From Eledone cirrhosa (taxonomy: Eukaryota), in NCBI GenBank assembly GCA_964016885.1, contig OZ024754.1, positions 1,860,001 through 1,924,000 of the forward strand: DNA of 64,000 nt, written 5' to 3'. A program made the translations under genes and the position numbers. A model generated the notes under the pieces. That model was not told the origin of the DNA and made no database searches. It saw nothing but the letters and a program-made list of their open reading frames with translations. Of the stretch, positions 46,253 through 61,489 are shown piece by piece (position 1 is the stretch's first letter; the number at the start of each line of letters is the position of its first letter).

Positions 46253-46544
46253 CAGGAAGGGGCAACCCTTCTGGAGAAGCGGGCCGCATGAGATATGGCT
46301 CATCATCAGGCGGGCCGCAAGCGCTAATTTACATCCGTACCCACATTAAAAAAAAAGGATGGAAACTCAGGTAGTTTTGATTTGTTTCTTCAGAATTCGT
46401 ACACGTTGTTCTCCTCGATTGTAAAAATGATAGAAAGATAAATTACGACTGAAAAGTTGGGGTAAATAAAATCAAAAAGATTTCACTTAGATGACTTAGG
46501 CGACCATTTAGAAAGCTTCGCGGGCCGTGGGTTGCCCATGACTG
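46253..46544. mobile_element. hAT (Charlie-like) MITE
   Basis: TIRs caggaaggggcaaccc / gggttgcccatgactg; internal GCGGGCCG motifs; 8-bp TSD gtctatat/gtatatat (7/8). Confidence 0.8.
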
Positions 46545-48454
46545 GTATATATTTTAGGTTCTGTTTCGGAGTTTTGCATTGATAACTAATACAAAACTGT
46601 GTCGGTTTCTGAATATCTCTTAGATAATTATGGTGGTGTATTCAGGGAAGACATGAGTAAATGGGCAGCCATTGGTCTTCCTTGCATCACCATGCACAGA
46701 TCTGTATCTAGCCAAGGAACATTCCAGATACAGTTCAATATACTTATGAGACATTACTGTGACCCTGGACTACATATCTCAATAATCGTCTCTTGATTAA
46801 GGTTGAATTATATGTAAAGCAACGCCAATGGCGACAAAGATTGGCAGTTCCCACCGAGAATGGATGAAATACAATTTTATTTTGAGTGAGTTTATGTTTA
46901 ATATCTGTTGCAAATATACAAAGATTAACTCCTAAACATTTTTGAGAACTTGTAAAAATTTTGACAAATTAAAATGTACTATCCTATCCAGAATCACAAT
47001 AAGGATGCTTGTGCGTTTGTGCCTGTTTATTGTGCATGTGTATATGTATCTATCATGTAATCCTGTATGTGTAGGCATATTTACGTATGCATACACATAC
47101 ACACATACATATATATTTATGTTTGTGCGTGTTTGTGTTTGTGTGTGTATATGTGCATGTATATGTATGTATATGTATGTATGTACATGTATATGTATGT
47201 ATGTGTACATGTATAAATCGATAGAGAGATAGATGTGTGTATGTACATGTATGTATATGTATGTACATGTATATGTATGTATGTGTATATGTATATGTAT
47301 AAATCGATAGAGAGATAGATTGAGATATATAATGAGGAACGACTATAAGCTCATGTGTATATACGTGTGTCTAGATGTATATATTTCTGTATGTTTTTAT
47401 ACATTTTCCTGGTTCTTATCTGCATGAGCGCGGAGAGATTAGTTCAGTAGGTTTTTCAATTTGCCTAAGATATACATTTTTCTTTGGTTGAATCCTCCCC
47501 GAATCACTGTTAAATCTGAATTAACTTTCTTTCAGACGTATCTTGCAAACTAATAAGGACCACCGCAAGGCGTTTTCAAATCCTTATTCGGCTATTCCTT
47601 GATGACGAACTAATTAGCTTATTTGTATCTGTTAATTAGTCTTCATTCACGTCCATACATATATATCAACAGCAAATAATACATTCAAAGGTGAGGGTTT
47701 GATATGTTAGTGCTGGGAATAGATAAGCATTGATTGTTCGCGTTTGTATTATTTATTTATACCCGCTGGTAAATTACATGCATAAGATTAGAAACGATAA
47801 ATTAAAAGACACAAGAAATCCCAGTCAAACACACATATACAACTACGAATTACGTGCACAAGATATATATAAACAGTGTATATATATATATATATATATT
47901 TATATGTCTAATATGTATATACACACGAACTTATATGAGTGTGAGTGAGCATATATTAATATATTATATATACATGCGAATGTGATTTTCTTTGCTGGCA
48001 GGGATTCAAATTTAAACAATAGATGTTCAAAATTCAATTAATCAAGGAATCATTTCTGAAAAAGGCAACATAAGAACAAAAGAATATGAAATTCGAGATA
48101 TCATTGAGAAGGTATACACACATATAAACGTGTAGACTCACAAACACACACATATATGTGCACACTCACACATACACATATAGACACATACATACACATA
48201 TAGACACACACACACACACGCACATATACGCGCACACTCACACATACACACGCACGCTCTCTCACGTATGCACACACAGATACATGTTAATATGTAACAT
48301 AGTCGCGTGCACACTCATACATACCCATGCACACACGCTCATATATGCAGACGTAGATACATATTAATATGTATACGTATTCAAACACACAAACATATAC
48401 ATACACTTGTAACATGATTATACGTACGAATAAATAAATGTATGTATGTATGTA

Positions 48455-48940
48455 TGTAGTAATGTATATATTTATATATACATTTATGTTTGTGAGTAAT
48501 CCTATGTTCGTAGATTTAAATGTATGTATATATGTATGTATATATGTAGTAATATATATATATTTATATATACATTTATGTTTGTGAGTAATCCTATGTT
48601 CGTAGATTTAAATGTATGTATATATGTATGTATATATGTAGTAATATATATATATATATTTATATATACATTTATGTTTGTGAGTAATCCTATGTTCGTA
48701 GATTTAAATGTATGTATATATGTATGTATATATGTAGTAATATATATATATATTTATATATACATTTATGTTTGTGAGTAATCCTATGTTCGTAGATTTA
48801 AATGTATGTATATATGTATGTATATATGTATGTATGTATGTAGTAATATATATATTTATATATGCATGTATGCATGTATGTTTGTGAGTAATCCTATGTA
48901 CGTAGGTTTCAATGTATGTATATCTATATGTATGTAGTTA
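48455..48940. repeat. Tandem repeat of about 92-110 bp, 5 units
   Basis: tttgtgagtaatcctatg at 48489, 48581, 48677, 48771, 48881. Confidence 0.92.
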
Positions 48941-49314
48941 ACACTGTAAGTATGCATATATTTGTATATGTATATTTGATAAAAATGCGGCATTATGTTT
49001 TTTTTTTAAATAAATGAGTAGAATGATATAAACTCATTATCAATCACGTAAATTCGTTGCTACAATCAAATTCCTCACAGCACCTTACACCCCTACACAC
49101 TCACACACACACTCTCTCTCTCTATCGCACACACACTCACACACATTCATACTCAAACACACAAGTATACACAGATAAGCATCCATACATATATATTCAA
49201 ACATACAAATAATATATATATATATATACTATATACTATATGTACATGTTGAGAATATAAAAACTAATTCTTTCGCACAATTACACGTTTATATTTCTAT
49301 CGATTAACTGGCGA

Positions 49315-49410
49315 TTTGGCAGAGTTGTTTGAACGTTCGGATAGAATCCATTGCGATATCCGTTTCAACTCTCTGCTCTTTGACTTCACATCCCACCGAG
49401 GTCAATATAA
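49315..49410 (+). mobile_element. Old degenerate SINE A-related head
   Basis: tggcagagttgtt..tgacttcacatcccaccgaggtcaa. Confidence 0.45.
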
Positions 49411-51196
49411 TACAGTTTATGCACTAGAATACCTGGCATTAAGTCTATATTTGTAATTATTTTTTTTAAATTCTGATGAGAACTAGAAATCTATTTGGAT
49501 AAATTCGAATGTGTTATTTGTGTCACTACTCAGAGATTTGTGTTAGAAATACTGGCCTGTTTTCTAACACGTTTGTATTAAAGAAGATTAACTAGGCTAA
49601 TAAAAGTGTTTGATATTAAATAAAAGGATATTAATGTTATCAGTGCTGAACACCTTGGAACAAATGTTATATATTCAGCGATATTACATCTCTTTGAAGA
49701 TAGTACTATATCTGGATAGCTATAAATTATTGGGACAGGGATGCACGATGTAAGTATTTTCTCTGCGGTGATCTACCGAAAGATACTGAATAAATAAAAA
49801 CATCATTGAACACATGGTTTAGCTTTCATGTTTTTCTCTCAGGGGTGTTAGTGGTTCATTTGAAGCAGATTCTTCTCAGGAGAGAATCGAAACCGAGTCG
49901 TTCATATGATATACAGCACGCTTAACTCTGACGATAAATCTCTGATCGCAAGAATGAACAACAATTTTCAAATATATTTCTACAATATATATTCAAGAAG
50001 CACAGTAAACCGGTATTCGAATACTTTAAATCCTCCCGAGTCCGGATTAAGTTTTATTTGTTCGTCCCAATGTTATTTCGTTTGAACATTTTACAAAGAT
50101 TCTGAAACACCATTTCTTAGGAAAGATTTTCTTTATCTTCCTGTTAATCTATTTGTAATGTAGCCGAGACATAACAATGTTGTGTATTGGGCTTTCCACA
50201 CATTCACGCTCTGTTTCAACTAAATCTAGTTATGAATAATATTTCCTTTTTTTTTCTTTGATATCGACGAAATGGTTGCAAATGGTTTCAATAATTACTC
50301 TCTAGGTATTATTGATAAACATAATGCTAATATGCAGAAAGGATTCGATTGGAATATTGATACTTCGTTTTCCTTGATTTTCCTTCCAAGAATAATTTCT
50401 TAATCCTTTTCATTGATATGATATGTTTGGCTTTTCTTTTGCTTCTAGTTGCTTTGTACTTCTATTGCTTCCATTCTCCTGATTGTTGTCATCGCTTAAC
50501 ATACGTTTTACATACATTTTCCGCCTTCACACACAAATAGGTATAAGCGTAGATTCTGCATTCATGTGTAGCATTAAACGTTATAATCTTATTACTATAT
50601 ATCCCAAGAGACTTACGTTCAATATCTGGAAAATATGTGGACTATCATTGCATATTATTATTATTATTATTATTTCTCACACCATCATCATCATCAGCAT
50701 CAGCATCAATAATGATAATATCAATATTATTGTTGTTATTAATTCTTCTTTTTGCTGTTGTTGTTGGTTTTGTTGTTCTTGTTAATATGTTGTATATATT
50801 CGTTAATAGTGTTTTCTGAAGAAAATGTTTGGATACATGAAAGAATGGTATCTATGTAATCAAAGACTTGCCAATTATAAACAATGGGAAATTACTAATT
50901 CCATAAGTTGTTAGGCGAGGTTTCATATCCCGATACACGCAGTTTATTTGATGAAAGAAAATACAACATATGTTTGTACAAATATTTTCGACCAAATAAT
51001 ATGGGGAATTCTGGGCAAGACCTGGTCGTACAACAATGGAATAAAGAGAAGTCCCTTATACTCAGTGATGCATACAGGGATTGAACATATGGATTGAACT
51101 CATGGTGTTGTATATATATATATACATATATATATTCAAACATTTATATATGCATATACGTATGTATGTATATATGTATGTATGTGTATATATATA

Positions 51197-54100
51197 TCTA
51201 TATATATAAAACGGTAGATGTCTGTCTCTGTGTGTGTGTATGATTTGTAAGCATTTCCACATTTCTCTACCGATTTTGATGATTTTTTTCCAATGTGCTC
51301 CAAATTTACCAGGGCAAGTCAACGAGTAATTATTTTTGCCAAAAATTTCCTGCTTCTAGGAAAAAAAAAATCGATAAAACTAAATACATGCTGTAACCCT
51401 CTCTCTTACACGCTTCATTCCTTTCACTACTACCATCAAAAATATATGAAACTACATACATGTTGCAACTCTCTTTAAAAGGTTCATCCTTTCCTCTACT
51501 CCACTCTCAATCTCCTTTGCAACTCTCTTTAAAAGTTTCATCACTCCCTCTACCCCCCCCCCTCAATCTCCTCTGCAGAGAGAGAGAAACAATGTATATG
51601 ATCAAATGGCGCGTTCCGTATATTCCCCCTCTCTATAATTTAACTGCTTTACTCTCTCTGTCGCTCTTCACTCCCTATATGACAACACTGCAGTGGAGCG
51701 TTCCGTATTGAGCGTTCCGTATTGACATACGGCTTATCTGGGGCATTTTCAATCGGTTTATTGCAAATAACAACCCGCAAAATAACACTTCATATAACAG
51801 ATTAATGCTATAGACATATGAATCGGAATGTAACCCGTGAACTTTTTCCTGGGCAAAATTATTCGAACAGACATGACCTCATTGCCAGAGTGTTCAGAGT
51901 GAAACTTGCTAAACTCATGGCTTTAAAAAAAAAGGTCAGGTATTTGGGGCTGTAAAATGTGACATGTTCACCGTCGAATGGCAAAAACGAGGGCTGCCAC
52001 ATGCTCACATTTTGATTTGGTTAGCTGATAAAATCAATTCAAATGCCATAGGCAGCATCATTTCGGCTGAAATCCCTAACCCAGCAACTGACCAGGAATT
52101 ACATGACATCGTCAAAGTTAACATGGTTCGTGTGCGTCGGGTCCTAATGAGTATCACACGTGCCTGAAAGGGATACCCAAACAAATTTATTGACCAGACA
52201 GACTGGTGGCGACGGGTACCCCCTGTACAGGCGGAGACGACCCGAGAACGGTGGCTTCACCACAACAGTAAGGGAAGGTCAAGTCGACAATAGATGGGTG
52301 GTCCCTTACTGCCCGCTTCTCTTGAAGATGTTCAACGCCCACATCAACGTTGAGTTTTGCATCTCCGTCAAGTCGATATGCAAATATGTAAATAAGGGCA
52401 CTGATGCCACAATGTTCGCATTTCAAGCTGAAAATAGCAAGGACGAGGTCACAGAATACATGGCGGGGTGGTACATCAGTAAGAATTAAGCTTTTTGGCG
52501 CCTATTCGGTTTACCGCTACACCAACGTCACCCCGCCATCGTACAGCTTGCGGTACATTTGGAAAATGGGCAAAGGGTTTACTTTACGGACCAAACCGCC
52601 CCCAAGTTGGCCGTCGATCCGAAAGAGACCACTCTGACGGGTTTCTTCAAACTTTGCCAGTTCGATACATTTGCGCAAACAAATGTGTACTTCCATCCTT
52701 CTTTATATGGTCGAAAAACACTTGGGTGCGAAGAAAGTCAGGTCAGGCTGCTGAAAGACATCCTGGTGTAAAATTTGACAGCTGTCTTGGAAGGGTTTAT
52801 ACTGTGTCCCCAAGTCAGCATGAGTGCTTTCATCTCCGCTTTCTTCTGCATGAAGTTGTAGGCCCACACAGTTTTCAGGACCTCAAAACTGTTGATGGAG
52901 AAATACGTGATACGTACCGGGAAACCTGCTTTAAGCGTGGTCTTTTGGAAGATAATTCACAATGGGATTCCACTTTAGCAGAGGGTGCTTTGTTGAAATC
53001 ACCTAAAGGTCTACGGGAACTCTTTGCCATTTTGCTTCAAAAGTGTGAATTGGGTGATCCCAAATCTTTATGGGTCAAGTACAGAGACTTCATGTCTGAG
53101 GACTTCCTGCGCCTGGCTCATCTGCAGTATACTTCAGTGGAAGTTGGTTACAGCGACATTATCTACAACAGGGCACTCATTGATATCGAGGACGCCCTCC
53201 TTGACATGGGTGGGAGTGAATTGGCGACGTATGGCTTGCCGTCAACCGTCAGAGAGGAAGCTAACACGTTGGCCCCGGATTTGTTGCGGGAAACATCATA
53301 TGACATCGAATCTCTTTCCCAATACTTAGAGGAAAATGAGCCCAAACTTCTGTCGGACCAAAGGTTGGCCTATTTAACTATCATTGACGCGGTTCAAAAT
53401 CAGACTGGGGGTATTTACTTTCTCGATGCTCCTGGGGGTACCGGAAAAACATATGTAACGAAATTGATTCTCACTAAGATTCGTCAGGAGAAAAAAATTG
53501 CGTTGGCCGTTGCATCGTCCGGGATCGCTGCTACCTTGCTTCCGGGAGGCAGGACAGCACATTCAACCTTTAAACACCCCTTGGATTTAATAAAAACTGA
53601 GACACCAACATGCAGTATCAGCAAGAGTTCACACGAAGCTCTGGTTCTCAAAAAATGTTGCCTCATTGTTTGGGATGAGTGCACAATGGCACACAAGGGT
53701 GCCCTTGAGGCATTGGACAGGGCCGTGAAAGATATTAGGGATTCTACGCCTCCTATGGGTGGCGTAACTCTTCTGCTATCAGGGGATTTTCGGCAAACGC
53801 TGCCTGTCATCCCCAAAGGGACAAGAGCTGATGAAGTGCGTGCCTGCCTTAAGCGTCCATGTTGTGGCTCTAGGTGAAGAGTTTGTACCTGAGCACAAAT
53901 ATGCGTGCTCATTTGCATGGTGACAACATGTCTGCAGCATTTGCTCAGAATATTTTAGCACTTGGTGAGGGCAAGATCCCTGCGGATGACAAGGACGGCA
54001 TAGCAATCGACTCCCTGTGCAACATTGTGAGTAGCCCTTCTGACCTTTGGGAAACAGTTTTTCCTAATGTCTCATCTAACTTTAAAAACCTCGATTGGAT

Positions 54101-54978
54101 CAGCCAAAGAGCCATCCTTGCTCCGAAAAATACCATGGTTAATTTTATTAACGAGCAGCTGATTGGGAAGTTTCCCGGTAAAGAGCCACCCTCAAATCTA
54201 TCGACCGGACGTCAGAGCCCGACGATATCGTTAATTATCCGGTTGAGTTATTAAATTCCCTTGAGCCCCCAGGGCTCCCACCTCACATTCTTAAGTTTAG
54301 GGTTGGCTGTCCCATTATGCTAATAAGGAACTTGCGTCCACCAAAGCAGTGCAACGGTACTCGCATGGTCGTCAAGTCACTGACGCCCCACTTGATTGAG
54401 GCCACCATTGTAACGGGGTGCGGGAGAGGGGAGAATGTTTTCATTCCAAGGATGAACCTTTTTCCCTCGGCGTCAGATATCACGTTCGATTTCCGACGAT
54501 CCCATGTTTTGCCATGTCCATTAACAAGTCACAAGGGCAAACATTGTCGGTGGCATGCATCCATTTGGGGGAGCCATGCTTCTCTCATGGCCAACTTTAT
54601 GTTGCCTGTCTCCGCGTAGGGAGCAGGAATGGACATTTTGCTTACACTCCTCAAGGGATGACACGCAATATCGTCTACAAAGAGGTGTTATAGATGTTGG
54701 TGCAGGTGTTGGAGCTATGCCGTCTGGAAAACTGGTAGGCTCACCCATAGCGGACAGATCTGACACCCAGCGGCATCAGGGCCACCATCTTGCAACTTTG
54801 GTCTACTAAATTCGCTATTGGAAGATTATTAACCCATCATTGATTGTCCAAAATGCTAATTGGTTCGTAACTTTATGCACTTAATTGATAAGCTTATGCG
54901 CTTTCAAGCTACGTTTACCTGTATGTAACTTTTGATAGCAAATGAACAAACCCGTGCAACGCCGGTCTAAACTGCTAG
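51197..54978 (+). mobile_element. Helitron (rolling-circle transposon), both termini present, internally deleted
   Basis: A|TCTATATATATAAAA 5' end; subterminal GC-rich cccgtgcaacgccgg (54951-65) and CTAG|T 3' end; inserted between A and T with no TSD; RepHel remnants inside. Confidence 0.9.
51826..54693 (+). pseudogene. Helitron RepHel (HUH Rep plus PIF1-family SF1B helicase), frameshifted and N-terminally truncated
   Basis: VEWQKRGLPHAHILIWL (HUH motif), DNRWVVPY, CKYVNKG, DAPGGTGKT, ASSGIAATLLPGGRTAHS, WDECTM, GDFRQTLPV, ILAPKN, CNGTR, AMSINKSQGQTL and HGQLYVA, spread over several frames. Confidence 0.95.
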
Positions 54979-55227
54979 TATATATATATATATATATATA
55001 CATATATATACATATATATACATATACATATATATACATATACATATATATACATATACATATATATACATATACATATATATACATATATATACATATA
55101 TATACATATATATACATATACATATATATACATATACATATATATACATATATATACATATACATATATATACATATACATATACATACATATACATATA
55201 CATACATATACATATACATACATATAT

Positions 55228-55274
<47 letters not shown>

Positions 55275-55456
55275 TATATACATATACATACATATATACA
55301 TATACATATATATACATATACATATATATACATATATATACATATACATACATATATATATACATATACATACATACATATATATATTTATATATATGTA
55401 TGATATATGTATATATATATATATACATACATACATATATTTATATATATGTATGA

Positions 55457-55510
<54 letters not shown>

Positions 55511-55547
55511 CATATATATATTTATATATATGTATGATATATGTATG

Positions 55548-55615
<68 letters not shown>
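54979..55615. repeat. (ATATAC)n/(AT)n tract
   Basis: Directly visible. Confidence 0.95.
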
Positions 55616-55617
<2 letters not shown>

Positions 55618-56532
55618 GTAGCCATCACGATAGCAATTTGCAACATATGTGTATATTATATATATACATAGATACACATTTATCGATTCATATACAACGC
55701 ACACTTCGAATATATATATATCAATACATGTGTCTTTATAACTATGTAAATAGGTCTACACGTGTGTGTTTGAGAGGGCGTAGCTGCTTGTGTCTGAGTT
55801 TGTGTTTATTTGTGTGGACTTTAAAAGCGCTCTGTGTTTGAGTAACATTGTCAATTAGATTTTATACAGTGTAATGAACGCATTTTTGCTTCTAATACAA
55901 CGGCTTCCGGTTTTTATTCTTCCATAGTTTCACGCTAACAACTGCTAAGTACATTTCATTTTCTACATCTAAGTAGGTTTAGCATTATTTCAACAAGGGT
56001 TCTAATTGTTCGCCTTTTGTGTATAACAGTCTCCTCGCATACATATTGACTTGATTTAGCTTTTAACTAATAATTTAATGGTGTACATTGTGATTTATTT
56101 CCAAGAAGTTTTCAGAATAATGGCCGGCATTTTCTTTTCTTTGACTAACCGTCAAATAGCTTAAACGAAGCCAACAATCATTCTTAACATATAAAATATA
56201 AATGCGTTCTGTCAACTATTGTAAAAGTCTCTTTATCTCTATTTTTATATTTTCTGCTGTTATTGTACTCTGTATTAGTTCTAGCGAATTGTTTTGTTTT
56301 CTCCGTTGGTGTTGCAATCGCTGTTACTTTCCTTTAAGTAGCATATAAACTGAACATATAACTTAATACCTAATTTATTTTACATCCAATATGTCTTGAT
56401 GGAGGAGTTCGTATTTAATTCAGTTTTTTTTCTTTACAATGTTAATTCATCTGATTACTTCGTTATAATTTGTTGTTCCAAACCCGACATGGTGTTTTAA
56501 AATATTCTAATTATATATATTATATATATATA

Positions 56533-56579
<47 letters not shown>

Positions 56580-56739
56580 TATATTATATATGTATATGTG
56601 AGTGTGTGCGTATGTATGCATATCTATCTATCTATATATATGTATGTATATATGTGTGTAACTGAGTGTGTGTGTACAGTTATATATAAAGGAATATATA
56701 TATATACATATTCACATATACACCTATATATAGAGCATG

Positions 56740-56789
<50 letters not shown>

Positions 56790-56833
56790 ACTGAAAATGT
56801 ATATATATAAATAGATATGTATGTATATATGTC

Positions 56834-56888
<55 letters not shown>

Positions 56889-56890
56889 GA

Positions 56891-56921
<31 letters not shown>

Positions 56922-56923
56922 GA

Positions 56924-56955
<32 letters not shown>

Positions 56956-57065
56956 CATATATAAGTATATATGGATATATATATGTGTGTATATAAATAT
57001 ATGTATACATATACATATATATATGTATATATACATATATATATATACACATATACATATATATA

Positions 57066-57115
<50 letters not shown>

Positions 57116-57929
57116 CACATATATATATATATACACATATATATATATATGTGTGTGTGTGTGTGAATTCGTTTTGATTTCTTATCTGTTTTGTAACGAA
57201 GTCTTAATCTATCTTCCTTAATCCCGTTTCCATTGTGAAATTTTCATTCTATCTCCTCTTGTCTGGCTTCGTTTCGTAACAATGTCAAGACGCTTGACAA
57301 CTGTTCAATGAACATTATATATCCCTGGCTAATCTTTATACGGCTGATATTAGCATCAACCAAATAGGATTGAAATAGAAAACAAAGCTGCACTCCTCAT
57401 CTACTCTATCGTTGTTCTTTCATTGTTATTGGCATTACTTTTATATTCGCTTCTAATTCTTTATTTATTCTCACATTTTTTTTATACTAATAACTGAGTC
57501 ATTTTCCCGGAAATCATGTTGTCTTGACAATTTCCTAGGAAAGCACTTTATATTATTTTTTCCTCCTTTAATTGTGTTGTTTTTTTCTAATCTTGTTCTT
57601 TTCTTGCTAAAAATTTGAAGAAAATCATTAAATCTTGTTGTTGGTTTTGTTCTACTTGGTTTGTTCTCACAATTTTTTTTTTACTCTTTGGTGAATATCT
57701 AATTAATCAAAGCTAATTATCGTGATCCGATGTGTAATTTAACCACACACGGAACTACGTGACATTTGCAATACCTGTTACATTGTTAAGAAAGGCTTCT
57801 GTTTGAAAAGAAAACTATGAAAACACCTGATGTGAAACTTGAAATATTGAGCTGACAGATAAAGAGACAGAAAAAGATAGGACGCTGAAGAATAGTTACA
57901 GCTTCCACATATATGGAGAGATCACATAT

Positions 57930-58190
57930 GTACACATTAGTATACACACAGACACATTAGCATACACACATATACATTCATACACACAGGCACATTAGCA
58001 TTCACACATACACATTCATACACACAGGCACATTAGCATATACACAGATACAAACACACACACAGACACATTAGCATACACACATACACATTCATACACA
58101 CAGGCACATTAGCATATACACAGATACAAACACACAGACACATTAGCATACACACAGACACAAACATACATGCAGACACATTCATACACT
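57930..58190. repeat. cacattagcatacacaca minisatellite
   Basis: About 7 variant units. Confidence 0.85.
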
Positions 58191-58274
58191 CCTGTGTGTA
58201 TGTGTATTCACGACTGTGTCCGTATATATACATACATAAAGACAGGCACAAACACACATTTATATATCTATATA

Positions 58275-58313
<39 letters not shown>

Positions 58314-58541
58314 GTATGTCTGTCTCCCTATCTATCTAACTATAGGCTGTAAAGCCTATTCTACCATTCTACCAAACCGATGCCCTTGTCAAGTTAAACA
58401 ATAAGATGTATCCTTCACTCTATGTTAACTAGTTCTTATCTTCCGTTATTTGAAAGTAAATGCCTGCCTGCCTGCCTGTCTGTGTGTGTCTGTGTGTCTT
58501 TGTGTCTGTGTCTGTGTGCGTGCGATTTTGCGTGTGCGCGC

Positions 58542-58575
<34 letters not shown>

Positions 58576-58629
58576 AAAAGGTAAACAGAAATAACAAAAC
58601 AATCGGTATAGTATATAGCAGGAAGAGGG

Positions 58630-58665
58630 TCTTAACGTTTCGGACGCTAGTTCTTCATCAGAAGA
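58630..58665 (-). ncRNA. Minimal type I hammerhead-like motif (family Y)
   Basis: Minus strand: tctt-CTGATGA-A-GAAC-tagc-GTCC-GAAA-CG-TT-aaga; palindromic AACGTT; 4-bp stem I. Confidence 0.65.
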
Positions 58666-60200
58666 AAGAATGATAAATAAGATAGATTGAAGAGACGAGA
58701 AACCCAAATAAGGTTGTATATTCAATATTTACTTCGGTATTGAAGACGCTAAATATATAACCCAGGGAAACTTCAATATTCTTTATAACAGACAAATCAT
58801 CTGCGTGGAACAGTCTTGTTGGATCATCTTAACTATGGTGACACAATATAATGATAGAGATAGAATACATTTGCTGGGACCTTCGACTAGAATCCTTAGT
58901 GTGTGAAGTGACCTATATAAGACTGTTCAATGTCATAGGTAAATATGAATATCGATACAGTTTTATTTCCCGAGGAAATAATGAAATGCGAATGATTATG
59001 TCTTGAAAAAGATATTTTTGAATACTAAAGATTGTTCAATTATAAGCAACATTTTGTTACTGTAATGAATTTCGAAGATTATCAGGCTAAGATTGGTAGT
59101 AATCGTGTTTAAATAAGCAATTTACTGTAGCTGAAAGTAACAAAGAATTCCACATACAGACTAATATTACTACTTTTGTTGATTTCATTCTATTCACATT
59201 CACACTTTAACGAAACCCATCAAAACCATCAGTCTTTGTCTTCTATGAAGATATTTCTTAATGACATTTATGGACCAACTCCAAATAGTCTAAATCATCT
59301 AGGTAATCCTCTCATACACAACCCGTTCTGCTCTGTCGATTTCACTAAAGATTTTCTACTTATTTCCAATACTTGATTTTCATTTCTCTTCATAGTACCG
59401 TATAACCAATCAATAGAAGCAAATATGATTGCATTCAAATGGAAAAGATAGAAAGACTGGGAAAGAAACACAAATAAGCTTATCTTATATACAATACTTA
59501 TTATAGGAAAGGTATTTAATTTGAGGTTTCTGTCTCCTTCGTTTAATTTTCTTCGCTGATCCTTTTTAACGAGATTCTTTTCGTATTAGAGCTGTCTGCT
59601 TTGACGTACGTCTAAATATTTGCCCTCTTGTAAAGTGTCGTTTGGATTAAGGTCATTTTTATATTTGAAAAATCATCTTCATAATATGCTTATCTCCTTA
59701 CCTATACTCTATATTAAACGACCCATTTTAATTTCGTATCTGTTAGCACGTGAATTCTTCAGACTTTAGTAACACTATCTCGGATTTATTTCGTGCCACT
59801 TTGCCTTCAGCCGTTTCTTAGGGAGGCGGCGTTAAAAGCTTCCGAACAAGGACGCTATTGGCAAAATATAGGAAAAAACAAAACAAAACAATTGTTGTCC
59901 ATTATTACTTAGACTTTGAAATATGTCAGATCTATTCTTTTAGTGCAACCGCCTCTTGATATTTTTCTGTGATCATTTTGACTAAAATCCATTAAGTGAT
60001 TAATAGGTAGACAGACATCGCTATAAGTAAACTACTAAAACACAAGGAAATTAGTTTGGAAGGACCAGTGACGTAGAGGATTGTGAAGGGAACCTTTTGG
60101 AGAAATAGACCGAGATGTTTGAGAAGTGATAGCAAAAAATGATTCCTATAGCTGTGGTCTTCATTTGCTTGATGTAGGTGCTTGTAAGCTCCCTGAACTT

Positions 60201-60540
60201 TCACTTCAGGTGAAACATGAGAAAGTTAATAAGAGCTTCGCCGAACAAGAAAGTCCTCGTCTTCATCCTTTTCAAGCACGTCGACCAAACGACCTCTTTC
60301 ACAATGACTACTAGGCAGATAAAAACTGACCGTCGTCCTTCTCTTCTAAAGGAAGATGGCGGATGGATCTTCACAATTGACTCAGTTGATAGTCTGGTCC
60401 GTCCCAGATTTGAGATCAAGTGTTCTACGTAAACCCACAACTCAGCATTGTTCGGACACACTACGTTTCCGTGCAGGACAGGTTCATTAACCTGCGCATA
60501 TGTCGGACAGGCCCGGCTGACGGCACTTCCATGCCTACGA
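60201..60540 (-). mobile_element. L1/Tx1-like LINE ORF2 C-terminal fragment (degenerate CCHC zinc-knuckle region)
   Basis: Minus frame RHGSAVSRACPTYAQVNEPVLHGNVVCPNNAELWVYVEHL...KEVVW...LINFLMFHLK resembles the CxxC-x-ETxxH-x-C-x-W pattern of L1-clade ORF2 ends, with the second Cys mutated. Confidence 0.65.
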
Positions 60541-61053
60541 CGCTATTCTTGTAAATCATATTTCTATTCCAGTTATTTTAGGTGTAAGCCATAATTTATG
60601 GAATGTCAACGTGTGTAATATTTATCTAGGGGATATATACAGGCCCAAGCAGCAGATGTCTCTTAATCAACGAAATCTAAACAATATAACGAGGGAATTG
60701 ACCCAGTTGATTGTTCAGTATAAAATATAATTATTGCTTTGCTTCTTTGAAGATGAGATCGAGATTGTGTTTCGTACTGTCACATTTCCACCAACGTTAA
60801 AAGAGTGACATATTGGAGAACCTAAATATTTAAATGTAAAGTACAACAGGAAGATAAGATGTACATTGCTAGAATAATTTTAATCATATGTCGGCAGAAG
60901 AGGATTGACCAAAGGCTAAACAATCACAAAATCCACAAATCATTTATATATGTCTGTAAATATTATAATGATTATGATATCTTTCTTTATCATTTATTTA
61001 TGGCGTTGCTATGATGTTTGTGACACTAATATATTGATCGTATAGATTTATGT

Positions 61054-61275
61054 TTAACCCTTTAGCATTTACATTACTCTATATATACTATTTTATTTTC
61101 ACAGTAAAGTTTTTATCTCACATAATTATCTCACATAATATCGAATCTAATAAACTTTGATGTTATTTATTTTAAGAACAATACCTTAACATAAGTATGA
61201 GCTGCCAGATACAGCCGGTTTGAACAAAAAGAGGTGAGAGAATCCTGCCCGGATATGGTCAGTTTAATTGCTAAA
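61054..61275. mobile_element. Possible piggyBac-type MITE remnant
   Basis: TTAA-CCCTTTAGCATTT left end; partial inverted aattgctaaa at 61266-75; right terminus missing. Confidence 0.4.
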
Positions 61276-61280
61276 TAAAT

Positions 61281-61470
61281 AATTGTTTCTACTTTAGGCA
61301 CAAGGCCAGCAATTACCCAGTACATTACTGGTACTTTATTTTATCGACCCCCTAAGGATGAAAGGCAAAGTTAACCTCGGCGGAATTTGAACTCAGACTG
61401 TAAAGGGACGTAACTATGCTAGAAAGCATGGCGTCCGACCCTCTACCCATACTGCCAATTCACCGCCAAT
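61281..61470 (-). mobile_element. Full-length SINE A with 18-bp TSD
   Basis: aattgctaaataaataat at 61266-61283 and 61477-61494. Confidence 0.92.
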
Positions 61471-61489
61471 ATTGCCAATTGCTAAATAA

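Noticed and set aside
49468-49520. CTGATGA-GAA...TTC-GAAT motif
   Set aside because: GAAA mutated and stems I and III unconvincing; possibly a decayed ribozyme but unsupported.
60210-60432. Plus-strand host exon or ORF
   Set aside because: Better explained as the antisense of an L1/Tx1-like ORF2 fragment.
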